Shown: positions 18,975 through 29,469 of the stretch, one piece after another
Position numbering within the stretch: position 1 is the stretch's first letter
How the letters are laid out: each line of letters starts with the position of its first letter
Source: Candidatus Sulfomarinibacteraceae bacterium
GTDB taxonomy: Bacteria > Acidobacteriota > Thermoanaerobaculia > Thermoanaerobaculales > Sulfomarinibacteraceae
Direction: 5' to 3'
NCBI GenBank assembly: GCA_963796455.1
Contig: CAWCLO010000010.1
Location: forward strand, 731,369-795,368
DNA: 64,000 nucleotides
Program-made: the position numbers and the translations under genes
The notes under the pieces: generated by a model
What the model saw: the letters and a program-made list of their open reading frames with translations, nothing else
What the model was told of the DNA's origin: nothing
Databases searched by the model: none

Positions 18975-21069
18975 TCCTCTCGATCGCTGGCGGGTCATCG
19001 GGGTTCTTTCGACCGCGGTGATCGTGCTCTGTGTGCCGGTCTGGCTCCTCCGCCACGGACAGGCGGGCACGGCCAGCAACGACGCTGCCGGCGACGCCAC
19101 ATTCACCGGCCGCGAGGTCTGTCGCCCCTGCCACGAGATTGAGTATTCGACTTTTCAAGGTTCGGATCACGATCTCGCCATGGATGTGGCCGATGAGACG
19201 ACCGTGCTGGGGGATTTTGACGACGCCGTCTTCACCTCGAAGGGCATCGAGTCTCGGTTTTTTCGCCGCGATGGCGGGTTCTATGTCCGCACCGAGGGCC
19301 CGAGCGGAGATCTGGAAGACTTCGAGATCACCCATGTATTCGGATACGATCCGCTGCAGCAGTATCTGATCCCCTTCCCGGGGGGGCGCCTGCAATGCCT
19401 GAACATCTCCTGGGACTCTGAGCGTGGGCAGTGGTTCGACCTCGCTCAGGATCAGGTGATACCGCCAACCGACTGGTTGCATTGGACCCGTGCGGCGCAG
19501 AACTGGAACGGCATGTGCGCCGAGTGCCACTCGACCAATCTTCAGAAGAACTTCGACGCAACGACAAATTCATACGACACCACCTGGTCGGAGATCGATG
19601 TCAGCTGCGAGACCTGCCACGGCCCGGGCTCGCGGCATGTGGACTGGGCGGAGATCCAGCCGATGGCGCGACCGTTGATTGAAAACTTCGGTCTGGTTGT
19701 TCGCACCGGCGGCATCACATCGACCGAACAGGTCGAGCTCTGCGCTCCATGTCATTCCAGGCGGTCTGAGCTTGGGGATTGGGACCACAGCGGACCGGCT
19801 CTGATCCACAGCCAGCTCCCATCCCTGCTTCAGGAGGGCCTGTACCACGCCGATGGACAGATCCTGGACGAGGTCTACGTGTGGGGCTCCTTCACCCAGT
19901 CGAAGATGTATGCCAACGACGTCCGCTGCTCCGATTGCCACGATGTCCACAGCGGCAGGCTCAAATTCGAAGGCAATGATCTGTGTCTGCAGTGCCACCG
20001 CGCCGATGCCTACGACACGCGCGACCACCATTTCCACAAGAAGATCTCCGAGGGGGAGCCCTCGGCGGGTGCTTTGTGCGTGTCCTGCCACATGCCGCAA
20101 CAGCCCTACATGGTGATCGACGAGAGGGCCGACCACAGCCTGCGGGTACCACGGCCGGATCTGAGCCAGAGTCTGGGAACGCCCAACGCCTGTTCCCAGG
20201 GCGGCTGCCACGGCGACAAGCCCCTGAGCTGGTCGGTAGACGCTTTCAACCGGTGGTACGGCCTGGCGAAGAAACCGCACTATGGGCCGACCCTGGCGGC
20301 CGGTCGTGAAGGAAGACCGGAGGCGCTCGACGAGCTCATCCGTCTCGCCGGCGACGAGCTCTACCCGGCCATCGTCCGCGCCACCGCGCTGTCCTTGCTC
20401 GGGAGATACCAGGGTGAGACGAGCACGCGGGCCTTTGCGACGGCGCTTGCCGACCCGGAACCGTTGCTGCGCCACACCGCGGTTTCGAACGTAGTCGCCG
20501 CCACGCCCGAAGAGCTGGTGGAACTGGTGGCGCCTCTTCTTCTCGATCCGATGCGGGCGGTGCGCATGCAGGCGGCCGTGCAACTCGCTGATATCCCGGA
20601 TCGACTGCTCAAGCCCTACCAGCGGGAGGCGCTGGCAACAGCTCTGAGTGAATACCGCAAGGCCATGGAACACTCGCTGGACTTCGCCTTTGCCGGTCAC
20701 AACCTCGGCAACCTCGCAGCCCGCCTCGGCGATGCCGCCGATGCCGAAAAGTACTACCGGGCCGCGATCTCCATCGACGATCTCTTCATTCCGGCCACGG
20801 CCAACCTGGCGGTGATCCTCAACTCCCAGGGCCGCAACGACGAGGCCGAGGTCCTGCTGAGGTCGGTGCTCGACGCCTATCCCGAACAATACGAGACTGC
20901 CTATTCGCTGGGCCTCCTGTTGGCCGAAATGGGGCGCTACCCGGAGGCTGAGACCTATCTGGCGCGGGCAGCGACGGGCATGCCGGATCATCCGGGCGCG
21001 GCGCGCAACCTGCGGGCGGTTCGCGAATATCTCGTTCAGATCGGCGCAGGATCCGTCACTCCGGGGTGA
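18964..21069 (+). CDS. Membrane-anchored multiheme cytochrome c with HEAT-like and TPR repeats
   Basis: Seven CxxCH (CRPCH, CAECH, CETCH, CAPCH, CSDCH, CLQCH, CVSCH) plus CSQGGCH; C-terminal helical repeats. Confidence 0.92.
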   Translation: MTVDPLDRWRVIGVLSTAVIVLCVPVWLLRHGQAGTASNDAAGDATFTGREVCRPCHEIEYSTFQGSDHDLAMDVADETTVLGDFDDAVFTSKGIESRFFRRDGGFYVRTEGPSGDLEDFEITHVFGYDPLQQYLIPFPGGRLQCLNISWDSERGQWFDLAQDQVIPPTDWLHWTRAAQNWNGMCAECHSTNLQKNFDATTNSYDTTWSEIDVSCETCHGPGSRHVDWAEIQPMARPLIENFGLVVRTGGITSTEQVELCAPCHSRRSELGDWDHSGPALIHSQLPSLLQEGLYHADGQILDEVYVWGSFTQSKMYANDVRCSDCHDVHSGRLKFEGNDLCLQCHRADAYDTRDHHFHKKISEGEPSAGALCVSCHMPQQPYMVIDERADHSLRVPRPDLSQSLGTPNACSQGGCHGDKPLSWSVDAFNRWYGLAKKPHYGPTLAAGREGRPEALDELIRLAGDELYPAIVRATALSLLGRYQGETSTRAFATALADPEPLLRHTAVSNVVAATPEELVELVAPLLLDPMRAVRMQAAVQLADIPDRLLKPYQREALATALSEYRKAMEHSLDFAFAGHNLGNLAARLGDAADAEKYYRAAISIDDLFIPATANLAVILNSQGRNDEAEVLLRSVLDAYPEQYETAYSLGLLLAEMGRYPEAETYLARAATGMPDHPGAARNLRAVREYLVQIGAGSVTPG

Positions 21070-21225
21070 ACCACCTGTTAGGAATCGCGTATCACCATCG
21101 AGGGAAAGCGTGAATTTTCACTTGGAGGTCCCTCGTCATCGCGTGGTATATTTTCGCTTCAATGCGTTTTCACAGAAATATGAGAGTCCCAAACACTGTT
21201 TATTAGAATGAAAAAGGAGTCAGAG

Positions 21226-21793
21226 ATGAAGAAAACACTTGGATTGATTTTTGTACTCGCCCTGATGGCGACCCCCGTGATGGCGCAGAAGGTCACCATC
21301 GACTACGCCCACGATTTTGATTTCGAATCGGTCAAGACATTCACATACGTCGACACCGAAGATACAAACGTCAAGGGCAATGATCTGATGGCCGGCCGTG
21401 TTTCGAGCATGATTCGCCAGGAGTTGATCCAGGGCGGTCTCAAAGAAGTCAAAGAAGGCGGCGATCTCTACGTGACCTATCACTTCTCATCTCAGGACAA
21501 TACCGTCTACAACACCACCAACTTCGGCTACGGTGGATACGGTAGGCGGCTGGGGTGGCTGGGGTTACGGCGGTGGCATGGGCATGGGCTCGTCGACCAC
21601 CACCGCATCCACTTACACCGAGGGCACACTGGTGATCGATGCCTACGACAAGACCGATAAAAAGATGGTGTGGCGCGGTTCGGGCACAGTGACGGTCAAA
21701 GCCAAACCCGAAAAGCAGACCAAGCAGGTCCAGAATATTCTCAAAAAGCTCGGCGACAAGTGGGACAAAATCCTCGCCGGCCAGGGCAAGTAA
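21226..21793 (+). CDS. DUF4136 domain protein; apparent frameshift near 21545
   Basis: IDYAHDFDF, Gly/Tyr/Trp-rich loop, YTEGTLVIDAYD...VWRG; paralog of 50273..50866. Confidence 0.85.
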
Positions 21794-21816
21794 ACATTCT
21801 CGCAGTAACGTTCATC

Positions 21817-21847
21817 CGCCCGGCCGAAAACGGCCGGGCGTTTTTTT
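21817..21847 (+). terminator. Rho-independent terminator
   Basis: CGCCCGGCCG-AAAA-CGGCCGGGCG-TTTTTTT. Confidence 0.93.
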
Positions 21848-21995
21848 GTGCCCCCCCGCCAAAACCCTTGACCTTTTTGAGTTGATACTGTATCTCAGGT
21901 GTAGGTTCCCCACAGTTGAAGCCCGAATATCCCCCGGCTGAGGATGTGGGAAATCGATCACGGGAGGGTCTATCCCTCCCTCTCGGAGGGCAACA

Positions 21996-23669
21996 ATGAC
22001 GAAGGTGGCGATTCTTGGTGGTGGCGTTGGAGGTATGTCCGCGGCTCATGAACTCGCGGAGCGGGGCTTCGAGGTGGAGATCTATGAACGCAACGTCCTG
22101 TGGGGCGGCAAGGCACGCTCCATGGGGGTGCCGCACACGGCCAAAGACGGCAAAAAACCCCTTCCCGGTGAGCACGGTTTCCGCTTTTTTCCAGGTTTTT
22201 ATAAGCACGTGACCAATACGCTCGAGAGGATCCCCTTTCCGGGCAACGAAAACGGGTGCCTCGACAACCTGGTCCCGACCTCGCAGATCGCGCTCTACCG
22301 CGAGGATGGCGAACCGATCGTCATGCCGTCTCACTTCCCGAAAAACATCGGCGAGTGGAAGGAGGCCTTGCACGCCGCCTTTGGCAGCCATCTCGGGATC
22401 TCCAAGAAATCCGCCGGGTTCTTTGTCCACCAGCTGCTCAAGCTGGCCACCAGTTGCGAGGAGCGCATGGTGGGTGAGTACGAGTACATCCCATGGTGGG
22501 TCTATTTGCGGGCCGAGGGCAAGAGCGACGCCTACCAACGGATGCTCGCCGAAGGTCTGACCCGGTCGCTGGTGGCCATGAAGGCCGAGATCGCCAGCAC
22601 CCGAACCGTCGGCACCATGCTGCTCCAGATGCTCTACAACATGATGACCCCAGGGGTGCAGATCGATCGCGTTCTCAATGGGCCCACCAACGAGGTGTGG
22701 ATCAAGCCCTGGCGCGACTATCTCGAGGGCGAACTTAAAGTGAAGATGCATTTGAAGTCCACCGTCAAGGACTTCACCATGGACGATGGTCGGATCTCGT
22801 CGGTGACGGTGGATGTGGATGGTTCGGAGCGGGAGGTGGTGGCCGATCACTACATCTGCGCCCTGCCGGTGGAGAAGCTCGTCAAGCTTCTGACACCGGA
22901 GATGAAGGCGGCGAGCCGATCGCTGTCGCACATCCACAAGCTCGAGGTGGAATGGATGAACGGCATCCAGTTCTATATCGATCGCGATCTCCCGCTCATC
23001 CACGGCCACGCCATCTACGTGGATTCGAAGTGGGCCCTGACCTCGGTTTCGCAACACCAGTTCTGGAAGGGTGTCGATCTGTCCGAGTACGGGGACGGCA
23101 AGGTCAAGGGGATCATCTCGCTCGACCTCTCTGACTGGACGACCCCGGGGAACAAGGTGGTCTTCAAAGCGGCTGAGGATTGTTCGCCCGAAGAGATCAA
23201 GGACGAGTGCCTGGCCCAGCTCAAGGCGCACCTCGACGAGGAGAGCCGGAAGGCGCTCGAGGGCACCCACCTGATCGCCTGGCACCTCGACCCCGACATC
23301 GTCTTTCCGCGCGCCGACAACAAAAACGACCACAATATGGAACCGCTTCTGATCAACAAGTCCGGCTCGCTCAAGTATCGGCCTTCGGCCGGCACCGAGA
23401 TTCCGAATCTCTATCTGGCCTCGGACTACGTGCACACGGTCACCGACCTCGCCTGTATGGAAGGCGCCAACGAGGCGGCGCGGCGTGCGGTGAACGCCCT
23501 GCTCGACCGCGAGGGTTCCAAAGCTGATCGTTGCAAGCTGTGGCCGTGGGATGTGCCGAAGGTGCTAAGGCTCCTGCAGAAATACGATGAACACAAGTGG
23601 CATCACGGCCACCCCCAACACACCGACTTCGACAATATGCCCGACGATCTCGAAGAGAAGATCTCGTGA
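21996..23669 (+). CDS. FAD-dependent oxidoreductase, carotenoid-desaturase / HpnE-like amino-oxidase family
   Basis: GGGVGGMSAAHEL Rossmann motif, GGKARS, EHGFRFFPGFY, NLYLASDYV, MEGANEAARRA. Confidence 0.8.
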   Translation: MTKVAILGGGVGGMSAAHELAERGFEVEIYERNVLWGGKARSMGVPHTAKDGKKPLPGEHGFRFFPGFYKHVTNTLERIPFPGNENGCLDNLVPTSQIALYREDGEPIVMPSHFPKNIGEWKEALHAAFGSHLGISKKSAGFFVHQLLKLATSCEERMVGEYEYIPWWVYLRAEGKSDAYQRMLAEGLTRSLVAMKAEIASTRTVGTMLLQMLYNMMTPGVQIDRVLNGPTNEVWIKPWRDYLEGELKVKMHLKSTVKDFTMDDGRISSVTVDVDGSEREVVADHYICALPVEKLVKLLTPEMKAASRSLSHIHKLEVEWMNGIQFYIDRDLPLIHGHAIYVDSKWALTSVSQHQFWKGVDLSEYGDGKVKGIISLDLSDWTTPGNKVVFKAAEDCSPEEIKDECLAQLKAHLDEESRKALEGTHLIAWHLDPDIVFPRADNKNDHNMEPLLINKSGSLKYRPSAGTEIPNLYLASDYVHTVTDLACMEGANEAARRAVNALLDREGSKADRCKLWPWDVPKVLRLLQKYDEHKWHHGHPQHTDFDNMPDDLEEKIS

Positions 23670-24515
23670 CCACCGAAGCGGTCATCGAGTACTACGACAG
23701 CTGCCACGTGGACTACAAGATCCTGTGGCGGTCGCACCGCAATTTGTGCATCCACTTCGGCTATTTCGACAACGAGCACGACAACCACCACGAGGCTCTT
23801 CCCAATATGAATCGGGTGCTCGCCGACCGGGCCGGGATCAGCTCCTCGGACACGGTGCTCGATGCCGGATGCGGTGTCGGTGGAAGTTCGATGTGGCTGG
23901 CCGAGAACCGCGGTGCGACGGCGTGCGGGATCAACATCCAACCACTCCACCTCAAGCTCGCTCGCGAGGAAGCCGCCCGGCGCGGTCTCGACCACCTGGT
24001 TCGATTCGAGGAGCGCAACTACTGCGATTCCGGTCTCCCGGCAGGATCCTTCGATGTGGTCTGGGGTCTGGAGAGCATCTGTCACTGCGAAGACAAACAG
24101 GCTTTCATCAACGAGGCCTTCCGGGTTCTCAAACCCGGCGGGCGGATCATGGTGGCTGATTTTTTCCAGTTCAAACCCGAAATGGACGCCGACGAAACAC
24201 TCGAGGATGCAGCTGTGGCTCGACGGCTGGGCCCTGCCCAATCTCGCGCAGGTGGATGACTTCGAAACAGGCCTGAAAAGTGCCGGCTTTGAGTCAGTCG
24301 GTCAGGAGGACATCACCGCCAACGTGCTGCGTTCTTCGCGCCGGATCTGGAAGGCGAGCCTGATCATGATGCCGCTGTCGAAGCCGCTCGAGCTGATCGG
24401 CGTCAGCACCAAGCGGCAAACCGCCAACGTGGTGGCGTCGTATCACCAGTACACGACGATTCGTGAGGGGCTGTGGGGTTATTCGGTGTTCACGGCGACG
24501 AAGCCCGCGAACTGA
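23666..24515 (+). CDS. Class I SAM-dependent methyltransferase (tocopherol/sterol methyltransferase-like); apparent frameshift near 24200
   Basis: IHFGYF, VLDAGCGVGG, FDVVWGLESICH, LKPGGR; GTGA overlap with the upstream stop. Confidence 0.85.
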
Positions 24516-24525
24516 CGTCGGCAGA

Positions 24526-24843
24526 TCTGTCGCCCCTCCGGGGCTTATCAGATATTTGACCCTCGTCTCCTGGGGCTCACGCCCCACGCTACGGAGCTTT
24601 CGCAGCTCCGCGGCTTCTTGTGGTCGAGGTTCCCAGTCCGCTGACGACGCGGTCCGTCTGCCTACTCATTGAAATCTCTGTGTCCTTCTCCGTGCCTCTG
24701 TGTCTCTGTGGTTGTCCGGATGGATGCTTTGCGGGAACTCGCCGGAACGACGAAACCCCGAAGGGGTGACAGATCATGAGCCTGGGGCGTGAGCCCAGGT
24801 TCACGGATCCACTGCAAATTCCGAGCCCCGGAGAGGCGACAGA
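24526..24843. repeat. Inverted doublet of REP-like palindromic units
   Basis: TCTGTCGCCCCTCCGGGGCT (24526) versus AGCCCCGGAGAGGCGACAGA (24824), 1 mismatch; inner CCTGGGGCTCACGCCCCA versus CCTGGGGCGTGAGCCCAGG. Confidence 0.85.
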
Positions 24844-24934
24844 AATCGTGGGCAGGAAGGAAAGGGGGACCACCAACCCTCCCGTGAGTTCGAGGGCTCG
24901 ATCTCCCTTTCTCCCTCTGCTCCCCTTCTCCCTT

Positions 24935-27900
24935 TCACCCTACCTCGAACCCCGGCGCATTGACCGCAACCATGGCCTCGAGGTTCTGAACCCGTTGTTC
25001 ACGGGCCCAGCGCTCCACCGGCGCGATGAGCTCGCGGCCTTCGTCGCCGCCGATGAGGTGGCCAAGCCTGAAACGTGCGCAGTTCGCATACAGGCCCAAA
25101 CGGTCGGATTCGAACTCGCGGACCGCTTTTTCGAGCTCGCTTACGGCGCGCACAGCGTTTCGCTCGCGGTGGGCCAGGGCGGCGCGGATGAAATGACCGC
25201 CGCCCCGGGCGAAATGGGGTTTCATGCGAGAAAGGATCCGGGCGCTCCTGCGAGCCTGATCGAGAGCCTCCTCTGCCCGGCCGGCCTGGGACGCCGTTGC
25301 CAAGGCGGCGCGGCCGCGAAGAAAGTTCATATAGACCCGGACGATCTCCACGTGGAGCAGCAGAGCCCGCCGCAGCAGCGGCCACTCGGTTGTGACGGAC
25401 TCCAGGGCGTCGGACGATCGTCCCTCGTAGAGGGCGATCTCGCTCTTCGCGCTCAGCAGGGTGAAGTGGTAGACCTGGTACTCCACATCCCGCCAGTGAT
25501 CCTCGACGTCGGCGATGGCCTCCCGGGCACCTTGAGGGTCGTCTGCGGCGAGCCAGACAAAGGGCCCGCCAAAGGTCGTGAGCTGGCTCTCGGCCAGCAC
25601 CGCACCACGCTCGCGGGTGGTGGCGAGAAGCGAGTCCTGACGGTCGGCGAGTTCGGCGAGGTCGCCCATGTAGTAACAGTCCCAGTAGGGGAACGAGTGG
25701 CTCTGGTCCAGCTCCCACGCCGCACCGATGCACTCGTCGCGAAAGATCCTTGCTGCGGCATCACCGTGGCGCCGCGAGGTCTCGAAGTCGCAGAGGAAGA
25801 ATGCCGCGACGCTGCGCGCCAGATCCACCGTGCCCCGTGCCATGGGCTCATCGAGCTCGCGCGCGAGTTGGCCGGCCTTGTCGAGCAGGCGGTCAACCGT
25901 CCCTCGAAATCGTTGACCCACCATGGCCACGTGCGAGGCCTCCCACGCAAGGGCGCGGGAAATCCGAAAGGGTTCGCCCGCCTTGAGCGAAAGGAGCAGA
26001 TTGTGGTTCTGCAGATCGGCGGCAGGAATGGGGTCGATCATGGTGATGCCGCCGGCAACCTCCCACGACAAATCGATGCGGTCGAGCTTCTCCTGCGGGA
26101 TCTGTGTCGGCTCTCGGCGGCGAAAGCGGGTGCCGCGGAGCATGAGGGCAAAGCGCCTGCGGATCAGCGAAAAGAGAGCGGCCCGCCGGGTCGGGGGCAG
26201 CTTGAGCCCGATGTGATCGAGCACCCCGCGAAAGGCCTGGCGCCCCTCGTCGATATGACCGGCGACGCAATACTGATAGCCGGCCCGTTCGAGCAGCCGG
26301 AAGGCCTCGTCACCCTCGATCCCCTCGGCGGCCTCGAGATACTCCCTGGCCGCCTCGGCTCCGCGCCCGGCGTTGGCCAGGGCGTCGGCGAGCTTGCTGC
26401 GGAGCCTTCGCTCTTCGTCCGGGCCGAGATCGCGAAGCGCGATCGTCTCGCGATACAGGGTTGCCGCCCGGTCGAAGGCCAGGGCCCTGGCGGCCTGTTC
26501 CGCCGCCTGCTCGTAGAAACCACCGGCCAGAGCCAGTTCGCCGGCCCCGTGGTAGTGGTTCGCGATGGTTTCAGGGTCTGCCTTGCCTATGGCCTCGAGA
26601 GAACGTGCCAGACCCAGGTGGTGTCGGCGGCGGGTCACCTCGTCGAGATGCTCGACCACGCTCTCGCGGATCCGGTCGTGGAAGGCCTCGATGTCGTCGT
26701 TCAGCCCGGGACCGGTTCGACGAATGAGATGACCGGCGCGGAGGGTGGCGATTCCCGGCTGGCCCGATGCATTGATGCCTGAAGCGTCGTAGGCGTGGCG
26801 CAGCGGCATCGGTCGGCCGGCGACGGCGATCACCTCGAGCATTCGGCGGGGAGTTTCCGGCAATCGTTGAACCCGCGCCCACAGGGCCTCGTCGAGATCG
26901 ACCTGGCTGAGAGCGGTGTCGCCGCCGTCGTGTTGGAGATCCAAGCGGGCCTGGCTGGTCAACTCGTAGACGAAATAGGGGTTGCCGCCGGACTCGCGCG
27001 CAATCGATTCGGCGCGTCCGCGGATGTTGTCGCCGGTGTCCCCGAGGAGGTCGACGGCGAGCGCCAGGGAATCCTCTGCCGACAAAGGCCCAACCTCGAT
27101 CTCGTCGATCACGACCTTTTCGTTGTCAGATGATCCGGGTGAAGGCAGCGCCAGAAGGCAGGGGCTCGTCTCTCGATACTCGCTGCGATAGCTGGCGAGA
27201 AAGAGCAGGCGCGGTGGAAACCGCGCCTGGACGGCGTCTCTGAGAAAAACCGCGCTGTCGGCGTCGCCCCACTGGAGATCATCGATGTAGACCACCAGTC
27301 GTTTCCGTTCGCCGATTCGGCGCAGCAATTCCGCCAGGGCGTCAAAAGCGACTCTCCGAAGCTCAAAAGGATCGGGGATGTTGCGCGGCGGCGCGAGCCT
27401 GACCCCATCGACGCGTTCGAGAACCGGGAAAATGCGAGCCAGGGCGGCGACGTCGGAAGGCAGGACCTCGCGACTCTCATGATCGGGCAACGGTGAGCAG
27501 GAGACGGCTCAGCGAATCGATCAGGCTGTCGAGTGCTTTGTAGGGAACCGATTCCTGTTCGTAGCACCGGCCTGCGAGGACGACGGTGTCATCCGCTTCC
27601 TCGACGCTGGTCAGGAAGCGGTTGATCAGTGCGCTCTTGCCGGCGCCCGAACGGCCGTGGATGTGGAGCATGTGAGCCATGGCCGTCGTGCACCTCGGCC
27701 ATCGCGCGGTGCAGGGTGTCGAGTTGATGCTGGCGGCCGATAAACGGCAGCCTGACTCTCGGTATCGGTGCCTTCGGCCTCCACATCGGGCATCTCGACG
27801 CGCAGAGCCTCCAGCAGTTCGTCGCCCGAGGGGCGGTCTTCCGGTTCGCGGGAGAGCAGGGCGGAACAGATTCGGGCCAGGTCCTCCGGGAGCTTCGGCA

Positions 27901-28702
27901 CCAGATCTGTCGGTCGGGGCGGGTCCTTTTTCTGCTTGCCCAGCAGCACTTCTTCGGCGGTGCCGTTGAACGGTCGGCTGCCGGTCAGTGCCTCGAAGAG
28001 CACCACCCCGACGGCGTACCAGTCCGAGGCTTCAGTCAGCGTGCCGCCGGCCGCCTGTTCGGGCGCCATGTAGGGAATCGAGCCCACGACCCGCCCATCT
28101 GTTGCGATGGATTCCATGTAGTAATCGGTGCCGAGGTAGTCGCGAATGTCGCGGTCCTTGGATTCGGTGTCATCGGCAAGGTCTTTGACGAGGCCGAAAT
28201 CGAGCAGCAAGACCCGCCCATCGCCGCGGACCAGGACGTTGGAAGGCTTGATGTCGCGGTGGAGCTTGCCCCGTCGATGGAGGGTGTGAACTCCCTCGAC
28301 GAGCTGAAACGTTGCCTTCCGCAGGCGTTCATAGTCCATGATGTCGCCGAGAGAATCAGCCCGAATCGACATGGTCGGGTCGTCCTCGACCACATCGATT
28401 TCCGGCATCGGGCGGACGTGGGCGAGAAAGTCCTGACCATCGACCAACTCCATCGTGTAGAACCACTCGCGACCGTCGGAGACCAGTTCATAGAGGCGGA
28501 TGAGATTCGGGTGGACGATATTGGCGAGCGACCGGAATTCCTGTTTGAAACGATAAAGCTCGAGCGGCCGCAGACGTTGCATCGTTTTGAGGGCGACCCG
28601 GGTGTCCTGTTCGAGATCGACCGCCTCGAAGACCACACCCATCCCACCGGCGCCGATCTCGCGCACGATCTCAAAACGTTCGCTGCCTTCGAATCCGGAC
28701 AT
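24935..28702 (-). CDS. Ser/Thr kinase fused to AAA (STAND-like) ATPase and TPR-like region; apparent frameshifts near 27490 and 27680-27750
   Basis: [30 protein letters not shown]-loop [24 protein letters not shown]. Confidence 0.88.
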
Positions 28703-28908
28703 GAACGAGCGGTGCCCCCCATCAGTTCTTTTCTTATCGCGAGTCGATGCCTCTCAATGTATTGCCGGTCGCAACTGAAATCAAGTATCAAGCTCAACTA
28801 TTGCAACATCCGAGGGGCGATCGATAATCCCGACGACCGTGGGCTCTGGTGTATCGTGACGGGAACAGATCATGGTGGTTCGAGGCCCCGGAGAGAAAGG
28901 TCGATCTC

Positions 28909-29436
28909 ATGAGCGCACGGCAGAAACTGATCCACGAACTCATCGATATGACGGTCCTTTGGCTCTACTTTGTCGTCTGGATCGGTGTTTTCATTGTGCT
29001 CAAGAAGCTGATTCTGCGCGAGTACCACATCGAGTTCACCGGGCTTTCCGCGGTGATCATCGGTGCCCTCATTCTCGCCAAGGTCGTGCTGATCCTCCGT
29101 AACGTCCCGCTCGGCAGGTGGACCACCAACCGGCCGGCCTGGGTGGATGTGGTTTTGCGGACCGCCCTGTATGGGATCGGGGTTCTGATCATGCTCCTCC
29201 TCGAAAAGGGATTCGAAGGCCGGCACGAGTACGGTGGTTTTGCGGCCTCTCTGAAATCGGTCTTTCAACATGCGGATATCGGGCATGTCTGGGCAAATGC
29301 CATCTGCATCACCGCATCGTTGTTGGTTTACAACGCGTTCTCGGTGGTCAGCGAACAGCTCGGCGAGGGCGGGCTACGGCGATTGTTTCTCGAGCCCCTT
29401 CCCGAGGCCGTTGACGAGGAGCACGAAACCGCCTGA
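28909..29436 (+). CDS. Hypothetical membrane protein (about 4 TM)
   Basis: Four hydrophobic segments; ALILAKV motif; AGAAAGG upstream. Confidence 0.75.
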   Translation: MSARQKLIHELIDMTVLWLYFVVWIGVFIVLKKLILREYHIEFTGLSAVIIGALILAKVVLILRNVPLGRWTTNRPAWVDVVLRTALYGIGVLIMLLLEKGFEGRHEYGGFAASLKSVFQHADIGHVWANAICITASLLVYNAFSVVSEQLGEGGLRRLFLEPLPEAVDEEHETA

Positions 29437-29469
29437 TCCGGTCGATTGAGGTCGTGAGAGAATGACCCG

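Noticed and set aside
21741..23435. 564-aa minus-strand ORF
   Set aside because: Antisense shadow of the FAD oxidoreductase
24776..26782. 668-aa plus-strand ORF
   Set aside because: Antisense shadow of the kinase-ATPase-TPR gene in GC-rich DNA; no motifs
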